Shown one piece after another: positions 38,001 to 50,169 of a stretch of DNA of 64,000 bases (position 1 is its first letter; each line of letters opens with the position of its first letter). Under the pieces are notes generated by a model that worked only from the letters and a program-made list of their open reading frames with translations, ran no database searches and was not told where the DNA came from. Source of the DNA: Basidiobolus meristosporus CBS 931.73 (taxonomy: Eukaryota > Fungi > Basidiobolomycota); the NCBI GenBank assembly GCA_002104905.1, contig MCFE01000087.1, positions 62,001-126,000 of the forward strand. The letters run 5' to 3'. Position numbers and translations under genes: made by a program.

Positions 38001-39705
38001 TTTAAGGAAACATTTGCTCCGGTTGCCAAGTTTAACTCCATTGGGACAGTTCTAGCCCTGGCAGCTGTACACAGTCTAGATTTACACCAAATGGACGTCA
38101 AAACAGTCTTTCTAAATGGGGATTTGCAAGAAACTATATATAAGGAGCAACCAGAAGGTTTTACCAATCCAAAAAGCCCCCATAAGGTGTGCAAACTTAG
38201 AAAATTGTTGTATGGGCTTAAGCAGGCACCCAGAGCATGGTATAACAAGATTGACACATATCTAGAGGAAATTGGGATCTCTCGTAGCACTGCAGATCAC
38301 AGTATAAATGTGAAACAGCTCAAAAAAGGGTGTGATCATCCTAGTTCTTTATGTGGATGACCTAATTATAGCTACAAGTGATCAAGAGGCACTTAAACAG
38401 ACAAAATCAGATCTCTTCAGCAAGTTTGAGATGAAAGATCTTGGAAAATTGAGCTATTTTCTTGGAATTGAGGTCAAATTTGACATACCTACGCAGAAAA
38501 TTGTGCTGAATCAGTCTAAGTACATCAGGGACATCCTTAGACGCTTCAAAATGGAAAATTGCAAACCTGCAGCAACTCCTATGGACAATAACCTGAAATT
38601 AAGCAAATCTCAGCCAGTTATAGATGAAAACGGCTCAAATATGGACCAAAACTTTTGCTATCAATCAATGGTTGGTAGCCTAATGTACTTGATGGTGTCA
38701 ACACGTCCAGATATTGCAGTAGCAGTTGGAATAGTCAGTCAATTCATGCAGAATTATGGATCAGATCAAATTGCAGCAGTTAAGCGGATTTTCAGATATC
38801 TACAAGGTACCATAAATATGGTACTGGAATACTCTGGAGCAGCAAATAGGCAAAAATTTGATGGTTATAGTGATTCAGATTGGGGTAGGGATTTGATTGA
38901 CAGACGCTCTACCACAGGCTATGTATTTCTTTATGCTGGTGCAGCTATTACTTGGAATTGCAAGAAACAACCAACTGTGGCACTATCTACAACTGAAGCC
39001 GATTATATGGCTGCATGTCAAGCAACTAAGGAGGCTATATGGCTACAAAAATTATTCAAAGACTTAGGTTTTAATTCAGGTGAACCAACATGTATTTACA
39101 AGGATAATCAAAGTTGTATTTCATTAGCTAGAAATCCTACTAATCATGCCAGAACTAAGCACATTGATATACAGCATCACTTTGTGAGGGAAGCTGTAGA
39201 AAATAACTTAGTAGAGCTGGTTTACTGCCCAACTGACAAAATGGTGGCAGACATATTGAGAAAACCACTAGCTAGGCCACAGTTTGAGATCCTTAGAGAG
39301 AAATTGGGATTAAGAAATTATTTAGTTGAGGGGGAGTGTTGAAATATTGGACTATTTGGTATCATTCAGCAGCTAAAAATTTACTTAACAATTCTAGGCT
39401 AGTCTTAGTCACTGTAGGACTCATTTACTGCCTTAACTTTGCCACTTTCTCCAGATATATGATCTTATGATTATTCCCCTATAGTCAGGATCAAATTAGC
39501 ACTATTACCAAACATTATGTACTAACCCTGAAACTGTTACAGAATGCTCCTGAATATTGAGAAACCCTCCCTACTTAGTGTTGCAGCTGTATTACTTCTA
39601 CAAAGGTATAAATACTGAGCTTCTTTATGAATAAACAACAGTTCAACTATTATCACTATTTCTTGATAAGTTCCTTATATCCAAATCACTTTTTAAATTG
39701 CAACA
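35019..39705 (+). mobile_element. Ty1/copia element H1, young and near intact (LTRs 35019-35387 and 39337-39705; polyprotein 35424-39342)
   Basis: Perfect 5-bp TSD CAGAC; the 369-bp LTRs differ at 3 sites; PBS GGTTATGAGCCCC; PPT GAGGGGGAG. Only one in-frame TAG (36630-36632) and one +1 frameshift in an A-run near 38,320. Confidence 0.97.
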
Positions 39706-40704
39706 CAGACTCATTCTGTAAGGTGTCTTACTCACTGGAGGGATATCTTGTGTTTCAATGGCATGATCCATGTCTCTGGCTGGTAGCAGGCCTACAAGCT
39801 CATCTGGAAATACTACTGAATATTCCCTTAAAAGAGTCTTGACCTTGTGGGGTACTAGAGTAGAGGAATCCTACTGTAATACTGCTATGAGGAACATCTG
39901 TATGCCTTTTCTTAGTGCTCTACAGAATTGTGTCTTGCTAAGCTCACCTGTTTAACACACACTGGAATTGACCAAGGTAAAATCCAGTCTGGCAGGTAAT
40001 AGCTCATAGGTCTTGTTGTCCTTCTAGATTTGAGCAGCAGGGGTTTTCCAGTTGATTGATGGATTACAACAAAATAGCCAGGTTTTCCCAAGTACAAGGT
40101 CAAACTTGCAGGTCCCAAATATATAGGCCTATAGACCTTCTTCATAGTGATTGATCCTCATCCTTACTGGCTGAGTAATACAGTTGATTATGTGAGAGTT
40201 CCCATCAGCTGTTGAGACTGAAGTTGATTTGGTGGGTTCTGAGCTGATTCCAGCTTTCAAAGCAAATTGCTTGGATATGTACTCATGCAATGCTCCTGAG
40301 TCTATCAGGATCTTGGCAGGTACTCCATTGATTACTCCATTCAAGCATAATAGCTTTCCTGAGTTTGAGGTCATCTGTGATATGTATTCTTCTGTCATAT
40401 GAAAGGTGAGTTCTGAGTCTTCTTCAAGTCCATCTTCCATGTTACTTTGCTCCAGGGCATCAATATGGTTAAAGGTTCTTGATGGCTGTTGTCAATTTCT
40501 TCTCTGACGGCAGTACTCTGCAATATGTCCCTGCTGGTGGAAATTGGAGCAAAGTCCTATTATCTTACATACTTCTGAGGTAGGATTATTCTGCAAAGCA
40601 TTTATTTCCATTGGCACTGCTTCTGATTGTCTTCTTTCATAATGATTGTAGCCTATCTGATTAGTCATTGTGGGCTTCCCAACTCCAAACATAGCTGAGT
40701 CATA

Positions 40705-43545
40705 AGACTTGTACGGTTGGATGGTACCACATGGTGCCAGCCTGATTACAGTGCCGGATCAATCTTGCCCCATCTGGCACTATAATTTCTACCATAATGC
40801 CAGTGGTAGGATATAGTTGCTGGCAATTTTACGCAATCTTACTTATGTTGCTCAGAGTGGTGCTTTCCTTGCTTTTATTACTCTTCATAGTGCTCCAGAC
40901 ACATTTCTCTTAGTGGATGTCATCTTGTATGAATATACTGTGAATTGGTAAGTATCTTAACTACTTTACCTATTCTGCTGTTTTCTTGTATATATGACTT
41001 TCCTCTGTATTTACCTGCCAATATGCTGAATCTCTTCAGATGTCTAAATGTATGCTCTACCCTCACTCTGAAATGATTAAATATTTCATTGTAGAGCTTC
41101 TGCTTCCTGCTAGGCACACCATTCATTGGCTTCCTATAAGCTGTAATACATCCTAATCTCTGACAATCCTCTCCTATATAAGATAAGTCTGCCATACATT
41201 TCTCTGCTCTACTGAATTCTGGATGACTCTCTACCCAGAGTGCTTTGTCATGCCTACTTCCAGCAAATGGCCCACTAAACCAGATGATTTTACCCTCAAT
41301 GTCAGACAGTGCTTGAAACTTCACACAGTGTGCCTTGTACTTGCCAGAATAAAAGTGCCTCTGCTCTCTAGAAGGTCTGTTAATCCTGACTGGGAAGGTG
41401 TCCAAAATACTACTTATATGAAACCTGTTGCTTAACACTCTGGGATATGGAAGCCTATAGGAGCTTCTGAACCTAGTACTCCAAGCATACTCTAAGTCAT
41501 TCATACCCTCTGCAAGATGGTTCTCCATTGCTGTCAGCTGGGAATGAAAGCTTCTAGGACTTTTGTTGCCATGGATGGTGACCTTGTAGGACAATAGCTC
41601 TTGTAATAGCAGAGAAGCTTAACAAGGGTTCTCCTTGTGTAGATTGGGGTAGACGGACCACAGAACTTGATATAGGTCTCCTCTGATGGGTCATAAGGAT
41701 ATCCAGTGGTGGTGATGGGATTGATGAGAGAAGACCATTCAGATGAATAAGTCACATTAAAATTGGTAACAATTGGGCTGAGATGAATTGATTTGATTTG
41801 GCACTATTAGCTTTATTTATCTGATTTTCCATGCATTATGATTAAATCTCCATCAATTGCCATGTATCCCATCATTATGATGCAAAAATCATCCTTGAAC
41901 AATGACTGGGTATTTTTATTGATGATTTACTCACAAGTCAATAATCAGATAGGAAATCTGTAATTAATTTGATCTGATCCGTGTCAATGCAATCCAAGAT
42001 GTATCATGCATAATATATGGAGAACTCAACAATCACATTAGTTTTTGTATACATTTCATATAAGACCAGGTTGATGCCAACACACCACTGTATAAGTATC
42101 CAAATCTGTCACTATGGTCCCTATACCAAGTCTCAACTCATATTTAGTTCAACCCAGACAAAACTCATCCCCTAGCTCTCAAGCACAGTCTGGACTGGAA
42201 AAGGCAATGTTGGATCTGTTTGAGTTCTTGCCAAAGGATTTCAGTAAGGCCCAAGTGTCTATAATGAGCCTTCATACAGATATTTGGGCACTATTCATTA
42301 ATCTGGCAGAACTAAATACCTTGGAGAGCCAACAGAGATGGAAGAATCTGAGTAGAAAGCTGTGGCATGAGTTTTGCATCAAGATGTTAGCGGATGTATG
42401 TAGAAGATATACAACAAGACAAGTATTGAAGTCAAGAATGAGTTGAGTGTGAGGGGATCTGATGAGGAAGCCACGCTTGAACACTTTTGCACGCAATTTG
42501 CTCAGTACAGGCAGGATGTGTCTGTTTGTGCCTTGACTTTGGGAACCAAAGAGATTTTTAATGAGTTTTTGCCTCAAATGACTAATGCACTATGTGATAT
42601 ATTAGTAGAGCTAAGTGGCTTCTAAGAGCAATATACACAGGACTCATCTAGGCAACAGTTGCAAAGTATTAGACAGAGAGTAAGTAAATATGCTGAGGAG
42701 TCAGAAGGTGGGCCTCATGAGGAAGAATACAGACAATGAGCAACATTGTCTAGATTGTGCCAGCAAGCCTTGCTGGATTCCTTACCATCCCTTGCAACTT
42801 CAGAGCGCCGGCACACATCAGTCCAAACTACACCAACACCCTTCACAAGAGCACCTTGCATTGACTCAATGCATAATGTGTCAATGCATGTGCTTCAGAG
42901 CAAAACCACCAGAACCTACCAAACTGCTCAAAAAGACACAAGTCCATTGGAGCAGGCCAAGTTGCATCAACATGCAGCACCACATTGAACTCAGCTAAGG
43001 GTCATGCCAGCGCATTAAGTTGCATCTGCATGTGCCATTACACCTGACCATCAGCAAGTTTCTTTTGGTGAACTGACTGATGATGACCCCTATGAAGTGC
43101 CTCCACCACCGGAGCCTTTGGCAAGTAAAAGAACACATCAGCATGTAGCACTGCAGGCCAGCTCAGTTGCATCATCTGGAGCAATTCAGAGTGGCTATGC
43201 TGCAGCAATGCACTCATCAACTAAGAGGCAAAATACTGACTACAAATACACAAGTAGCCAAGAGTATAGTCAACAAGAAAGTAGTTTAGGTGTGCAAAGT
43301 GAATTACTACCAAATGCTTCAGTAGTAATCCCTGTGAGAAAAAAAGCCTATGAGAAGATGATACAAACACATTGAAATGCTACTATTTGTAATGATCTAA
43401 ACAATGTATTTTTTTTGCAATCTGCATTGAGCCATTTCAAATCAGTGATCACTAAATTTTTGAAGCAAGCAATATCAAGGTTGTCTCACATTTGAGACAG
43501 GACCCCTATAAACAAACACCCTGCATATGTATACATCATCCGTGG
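40705..43545. mobile_element. DDE_Tnp_4 (ISL2EU/PIF-Harbinger-like) DNA transposon F inside B2 gag; right end uncertain
   Basis: The left end AGACTTGTACGGTTGGATGG resembles the G terminus; transposase on the minus strand; unexplained degenerate plus-strand ORFs at 42,114-43,375. Confidence 0.65.
40920..41755 (-). pseudogene. DDE_Tnp_4 family transposase with one frameshift near 41,590
   Basis: ILDTFPVRINRP; FYSGKYKAHCVKFQ; SGPFAGSRHD; MADLSYIG; NEIFNHFRVRVEHTFRHLKRFSIL. Confidence 0.85.
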
Positions 43546-45574
43546 CAATTTACCCAAGTAGACATCTATATTCATAGATGTACTCTTGGACCATTCCTTT
43601 CTGTCAGAGTATCTTCAACTTTCTTTTTAGTAGTGTCTGTTGGTGTGGGGGCTCAAGGGCATCCTGAATATCCAACACAAACTAATTCCAGGCAGAGATT
43701 GTAGAGCATCCCATCTTGGTGGCTGACCTGATCTTGTTGTGGTACTACTGTAAAGCTGCATCTGCCAGGTAAGAGGCTGCATAATGTAACTTGCTTTCTG
43801 AAGCAATTCCCTTTGCCTTAAAAGCTTCTTCAATCTGGAAGAGCCAAGTTCCCAGGCTTTCCTTGACTCTACCATGGTGCTGGTTGACCTTCACACTAAA
43901 GTTGCACTTGACAGGGTTTTGCTGGCTTTGAGCCATGGTAGTCAATCCTTGTTGCTGCTGGCTAAGGATCTGGAGTAACTGTTGCTACTGGGCCAGGATT
44001 TGATGCATAGCATTCTTTCATTCTTGATTTTTGGACTTCTTGAGGGAGGCTTCTACTTTCTTCAGGAGGAATGTTTCTGGTTATTGCTGCTATCAATGTT
44101 ACAAGTCTTGGTATAAGAGTTGTAGAGGATTAGGGAGTTTAACTAGTATTGTATTCACTAAAACTTAAACTGATCTTTATTGAGATTCCGGCAACTCCTT
44201 ATATACATTTTGCGAGGTCAATTATTGACTAATTGTATTTCCAAATGTAGGCTGTGGATGATGACTTGTTTGATTGCACCATCATCACCCAATAAGATCC
44301 TACTTACTATATCTATTTCTGTGTGATAAGGATCTGCTGATTCATTTGCTGACTAATGCCGCTGATTTGATAGACAATATTGATACACTGATATGCTAAA
44401 CATATCACTAATTGATTTGACTAAAAACTGATCTAACTTAAACATTCAAGCAGCAGATCATAACCCATATATCCACCATCATTGTATCCATTCACAACTG
44501 CATCCTGCCTGATGCGCATCAAACATTGGACCATATTTCATACCTCAGAAGTTTCTTATGGCGCAGATATTTTGGGAGGTTGGAAGACAAGTTGCCAATA
44601 TTGCTTTATGCCAATCTTATCAAGTGAATCACTTTCAAGTCTGGCATGTATGTTATGGGCTAGCATGTGGGGGAATGCCAGGAAGATTTGGTAGATATAG
44701 AGCAGACATGCGCACATGAAGACACCTATGCATTTGGCATTTAGCATTAAGCAGCTAAGCAGCCGCATAATATGGGTAATCCGGTAGGTAAAGCAAGGTT
44801 GGTAAAACACAACAATCAACTAGTACTTATTAAGATAACTTTATTGCAGTCTGCAGGATACTTCTGGAATACAAGCCAATTTCTATACCTTTCAAAACAG
44901 AATCCGTGCAAACAAGAATGCAGCTCATCTATACATGGGACTGGAATCCAGCAGTGAGAAGGAATAAATTGACTAAGCTTTAAGCATTATTTTGCAAATG
45001 CCTAACAAGTATTGATAATGCATTAGTGTCAATCTAGCATGTGCTTGCAAGAAGAATATGTTACCTGCAATACAAGGTATATTGCACCTCTGTAAGTTTT
45101 GCACTGACAGCCATAAAATTGAGGTATCAGCAGTGTATCAACTGCAGCTAATGTGCATTTATTTAACAGCTGGTTGGCAAGAAGTTGTGATTTTCGTTCA
45201 TTTAGGCTATATGTGCAATATCCTTGTAAGTAGTGGATATGCAAATGAACAAGTGTGACTTCAAGGCACTATGAGTGAATTGCAGAAGGGAAGGTAGTAA
45301 TATGAAAGAGCATTTGGTGAACTGGTATGGTGGCAGTGTACAGGGTTAGCAGTATCCATTGTACTGCTGTGGCAATGTCCTTTGAGGTCTGCAAAGTGGC
45401 TGTTAAATCATCATTAAGCTTATTGCTATATTTAGCAACAGCATGTGTAGCCTAATTATGTCTGCTCAGCTACATATAGACTACCCAGATTACCTGAATA
45501 TTGTGTAAGCCTCACAAAAAAAACCATTCAAGCTCTGTCAAGCTTCTCACTGCATTTAGTGGTTTTGGGTTACA

Positions 45575-46545
45575 AGCTTTTACAACACTCTTACTCATCT
45601 AAATGTTCATTTTCACTAGTCATATTGCAGCTCAGGATATTTGAGTATGTCTCTAGCTAATGGTTTGTTAAGTATCTCAGCAATAATTTCATCTGTAAAA
45701 CAGTAAGCTAAGCAAACTAAGTTATCTTTCTATAGCTTCACATGTGAATTGTTGTATAATATATAGGTGCATAGCTCCAGCATGAAAAGTTGGATTTTTA
45801 CCTAATTGTGTATATCTTTAATTAACTTGAGATAAAATAAAAGTCATTTTGAACTAAAGCCTATATCTTTGAAAATCATTCTTAACCACATTACTTCATT
45901 TGTAGCATTGCCAACTGCCTTATACTCAGCTTCTTTGGTGGAAAGTGTGATGGCTAGTTGCTTAGCTGAGGGCCATAAGTTTCTCCCCTTGAGCAAACAA
46001 AGGTGTATCCTGTTAAAATTCTTCTGACTTCAAAATTTCATCCCTATGCAGCATCAAAGTATCCCACAAGATCATGCTTTGAGTCCTTATAGATGTATCT
46101 TGAGCATATGTGGGAAATTTAACTTTGCTATCTGATATCCACTTAAATCCTAAAATATGATCAAATCCATAGTTGTGACAATGCTGGCTGACAACTCCTA
46201 CTAATATGAGTAATCTGGACATGTCTCAAACATAATGTTAATCAGAATGCTGACCAAATATTGGTAAAGTTACTCAGAGCTTTCAGATGGTGCCAAGCAC
46301 TTTTGATTTGGTTGAGTATTGACCAAGCTAAGGCCTGTCTCCATTGGGGTGGCTGTCACCTGGAAGTCTTCCATTTGGTACTTGTTGAATATATCACAAA
46401 TAAGCCTGGATTGGCTTAGACAAATAGTCTGGGTACTTTTGTCTGTGGTTAGCTTCATCTCTAATAAATGGCTGAGCTCTTCTAGATTGGGCATTTTTAA
46501 CACTTTTGGTAGGCTGGATTCAACCTCTTCCATATTTCTTGGATG
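45575..46545 (-). mobile_element. Decayed copia-A RT/RNase H 3' fragment
   Basis: Reverse complement of the A-family 3' end (PPT/LTR junction, LSQS..DIF.KYQMED, PMETGL.LV). Confidence 0.75.
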
Positions 46546-46820
46546 CAATTAAATGAGTCATTAGCCACAACCTATACTAGGAAATACAATTAGTCAGCAA
46601 TTGATCTGGCAAATGCATATAAGAAGCTGCCAGAACCTCAATAAAAATTGGTTCAAGTATTAGTGAATACATTACAGGCTAAACTCCCTATTCCTCTTCA
46701 GATCATATGTCAAAAATTGTAACATTAGTAGTAGCAATGACTAGAAACCTCCCTCTAGAGGGGAGAAGATGCCTCTCCCTGGATGTTGGAAAACAAGAAT
46801 GGAACTATGCTATGCAGTGC
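46545..46820 (+). mobile_element. Gypsy-B fragment (3' half of LTR, PBS remnant, start of gag)
   Basis: gatgcaattaaatgagtcattagccac...ttgtaaca, followed by the degenerate leader and caagaatggaa. Confidence 0.75.
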
Positions 46821-47876
46821 TGTGGTGGTGTAGCAGTACTCCTGTGAGAAGTTACACAACTCAAGGTGTGTGAAGTGTCTGATAGTTGCAGTAACCTCTG
46901 GGTCTAAACTGCTGGTGTCTGAGTCAATTTGTCACTATGGTTAAAGCCCCTGATTCTCTAGCTTCCTAGGTGCTCCAAGTGTCTCCAAAGGCCTCTTTGT
47001 GTCTAATGCACTCCCTTGAAAAGCTCCTTGATGGCAGGTCTGAGGTGTAACTGCTAAAGCAACCCTAAGAAAAAAAATCAAGAAATGGCCAGCAAAATAC
47101 TACCATGATATTAGATGAATTCCAAGTTTCCCAAAATTGACAACTCCCAATATCTCTATTGTTAACTGATGGGCTGGCAAACAAAGAAATTCTCCTGGAG
47201 GAGACTGGATCAACTAGCTTCCATACCAGACTTGGTAATTAGCTGCCCATTACTTCCATTGATGATTGCATTTGAAATTTTGAACCAAAAGTACCAACTG
47301 AGTACCAGTAAGAAATCATATGAATTTCAAGTTTGAGATTTTTCATAGGGGTAGGAGCAGTATCAACTGCCCATCAATATGAGAGAATTGTCACTGATAG
47401 AAGGGATGATTTATTGATAAGGGATTGACTTTGCTTAAATACTTTTCCAGATTGCCAAGTGATTACTAATGGCAAGGTTCTAGAAGATTCCAGGCATCAG
47501 TGGCATTCTGAATGACATTACTATGAACTGAAAATACTCCAAGAAGGTCCTGGTAGGTTCAAAAAGGCCCAGCACATCTAGCCAATCAAGGATCAGTAGT
47601 CTGAAGCCTGTGTAGCATAGGGTTACCATACATGGTATTGAAATTGTAGGGATGGTAGCACAGACTTAGGTCATGTGTCATAGGTACTGACATCAATACT
47701 TGCCTATCAGGGATACACATACTGGTCACAATGCTGAAGAGCACCTGGGATAACCAATGCTGATAACTAATCTGGAGTAACATTATATATGGATAATACT
47801 AATTACATGGGTTAAGAAGAATCAGATAACACTGATAAGATAAAATATGGATAAGTGCATCATAATAGCTATATGT
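46821..47876 (-). repeat. Solo LTR C2 (reverse), carrying a mini-CACTA insertion
   Basis: Begins TGTGGTGGTGTAG, the reverse complement of the C1 end, and is collinear with C1 except at 47,063-47,350. Confidence 0.85.
47063..47350. mobile_element. 288-bp non-autonomous derivative with family-D termini
   Basis: CCCTAAGAAAAA...ATTTTTCATAGGG; the right end is identical over 13 bp to the D1 right TIR; LTR-C is continuous on both sides; possible gca/gta 2-3 bp TSD. Confidence 0.75.
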
Positions 47877-48110
47877 GAATGTCTTCTTGAAGAAAAACAC
47901 TCTGCATTTATAAGTATCTTGACTATCTTACCTATTCTGCTTTTTTCTCCTTTATACAGTTTCCTCTGCATTTACCTGCTAATGTGCTGAATCTCTTTAG
48001 ATATCCAAAGGTATGCTCTGCTATCACTCTGAAATGATTAAATATCTCATTATACAGCTTATGCTTTCTACTAAGCACACCATTCCTTGGCTTTCTACCG
48101 CTAAGTTCAC
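47877..48110 (-). pseudogene. C-terminal fragment of a second DDE_Tnp_4 transposase (F2)
   Basis: KLYNEIFNHFRVIAEHTFGYLKRFSTLAGKCRG, closely similar to F. Confidence 0.8.
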
Positions 48111-49150
48111 TTGTGTCCAATAAATGGAATTGACTGAGCTGAAATCCAGTCTGGCAGGTGGCAGCTCATTGGTCTGGTTGCCGTTTTCAATCTGAGTGGT
48201 ATGGGTTCTCCAATTGATTGATGGACTATGGTTGAATAGCCATGTTTTTGTAGTACCAGGTCTAATTTGCATTTTCCAAATATGTAGGCCTGTAGGTCTT
48301 CTTCATAGTTGTTGGTCTTCATTCTTACTATCTGAGTGATGCAGCTGATTATGTGAGAGTTCCCATCAGCTGTTGAGACTAAAGCTGATTCCAGCTTTCA
48401 AGGAAAATTGCTCTGATATGTACTTGTGTGATGCTCCTGAGTCAATCACAATCTTAGGAGGTGCCTTATCAAAGACACAATTCAAGTATTATAGTCCTTG
48501 TGAGTTTGATATCATTTGGGATAAGTATCTGTTTGTTATATGGGAGGTGAGCTTTGAGTCTTCTTCAAGTTCTTCCTCCATATTACTATGCTCCTGGGCT
48601 TCAATATAGTTGAATATTCCTGTTGACTAGTGTCTGGTTCATTTCTAAGTTCAGTACTTTGAGATGTATTCATGCTGATGACAATGGAAGCCATGTCCTT
48701 TCTTCTTGCATACCTCTGAGCTGGGATTATTCTGCATAGTGACTATGTCCATTAGCACTGCATCTGGTTTTCTCCTTTTTTAGTGACTGTAGCTTCTCTG
48801 ACTAGTCACCATAGGCTTTCCAATTGCAAACATAGATAAGTCATAGTCAATGACAATCTTGATGGCTTCTTCAATAGTCTGAGGTCTTCAATATTTAGCT
48901 TTCTTGCAAGTTCTTTCTTTCAACCTATCAATAAAGTATATCACTTCAGCAAGGGGTCTGTTTTTTTATGGTGTCAAAGTAGACATCCATACTCATATAT
49001 GTATTTTAATCAGTTCCTTTTTATCTCAGTGTCTTTAGCTTGTTTTGTAGTAGTGTCTGCTCATATGGAGGCTCAAAAGTATCCAGAATTTCCAACACAA
49101 ACACTCTCCAGGTAGGGGCAGTAGAGCATCCTATCAAAGTGGCTGACCTG
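48110..49150 (-). mobile_element. Decayed gypsy-B gag/PR relic
   Basis: [20 protein letters not shown] and PARLDF remnants. Confidence 0.75.
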
Positions 49151-49153
49151 ATA

Positions 49154-50147
49154 CTCTATCAAAAATTATTGAAATGATCCCATCACAGGCCATCACAAAG
49201 CTAAAGTCTGTGACTAAGAGGTACTGATCCCATCAGGACACCATCCAGAGACTGTTGAAAAATAATTGCACTCTAGATTTCACAAAAAGCTTAGTAAAAT
49301 TTTTCATCACAATAATGTATAAGTGGCTTTTGATTGGTTCCCTGCCAGTTTGCTCACTTTCTGATCCTGGACACTCTATTGCCTCCTATGTTTGTGTGCA
49401 TTGTTTGGCTATTGCCTCTTTTTCACACTCCTTACTTCCTGACTCAACTGTTTCTCTTACTTTTCATGTGTACAAACTGATTAATATCCATTGAAACTTC
49501 AGTTGTACCTCAATTGCCAATTGTATCAACCTATACAAGTCCCCATATGCAACACTAACATTAAACCCAACCCCACACTCAACAAGTAACTCCATTAAAA
49601 TCCACCACTCATTAAGTATTCCTGCTGTAACACTCTGGTTCCACAACTTTGGCAGGAACCAAATGGCATTATGCCACTTTCATTCACTGGTTTCCACATG
49701 TTGTGGTCTTCAGCTGGCACTGCAAGGTATAGCACCTCATCTGCCAGTCTTTGCAATAAGTTCTTGCAGTATAACAGTACATTTTCTTGAGCACTGCTCT
49801 TGAAGAAGGGCTGCAACCTCTTGGTGTGCCTATTAATATTTCAAAATTCCACTGAAGGCTTTGTGATAGTCTTTTGAGCTCTTGACATTGTAGCCTTGTC
49901 TGTCAGTGGGATCTCCACTTAGTCAACAATGGAGGTTATGGAGGCTGTGGTAGACAAATTGCCTTTTTCAGCAAACTCATCTACCTTGCAGGAGTGTGGC
50001 TCAATTAGCTGTGCTTCCAACTCTTATGAAAACAGCTGTTTTCTTACTGGTAATTCTTCTTGGCCGTGATGGAATTCAGTCTGATCTGGGCTTGCAGCAT
50101 TAATTGGCAAGAGCTGCAGTTTTTTTTGCATGGCTCCCTGTCCCAAG
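49154..50147 (-). mobile_element. En/Spm-type copy D4: left terminus plus the 3' part of ORF2
   Basis: CTCTATCAAAAATTATTGAAATGATCCCATC matches D1 from 7865; collinear with D1 7,865-8,860. Confidence 0.85.
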
Positions 50148-50169
50148 CTAAAAACTGATCTAACTTAAA

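Larger units (their letters stand above)
32394..44465 (-). mobile_element. Ty3/gypsy element B2 (3' LTR 32394-32762; 5' LTR 44097-44465), decayed; host to copia H and element F
   Basis: Two 369-bp LTR-B copies in reverse orientation, with PBS and PPT remnants and IN, RH, RT, PR and gag pieces in order. TSD not recognisable. Confidence 0.9.
32001..45560 (+). mobile_element. Third En/Spm-type transposase relic D3, in two parts (32001-32393 and 44466-45560) split by gypsy B2
   Basis: The left piece ends in the ...DKAELA.. region. The right piece resumes with CIHSQLH..CASNIGPY...WEVGRQV, collinear with D1 12,450-12,750. Confidence 0.7.
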
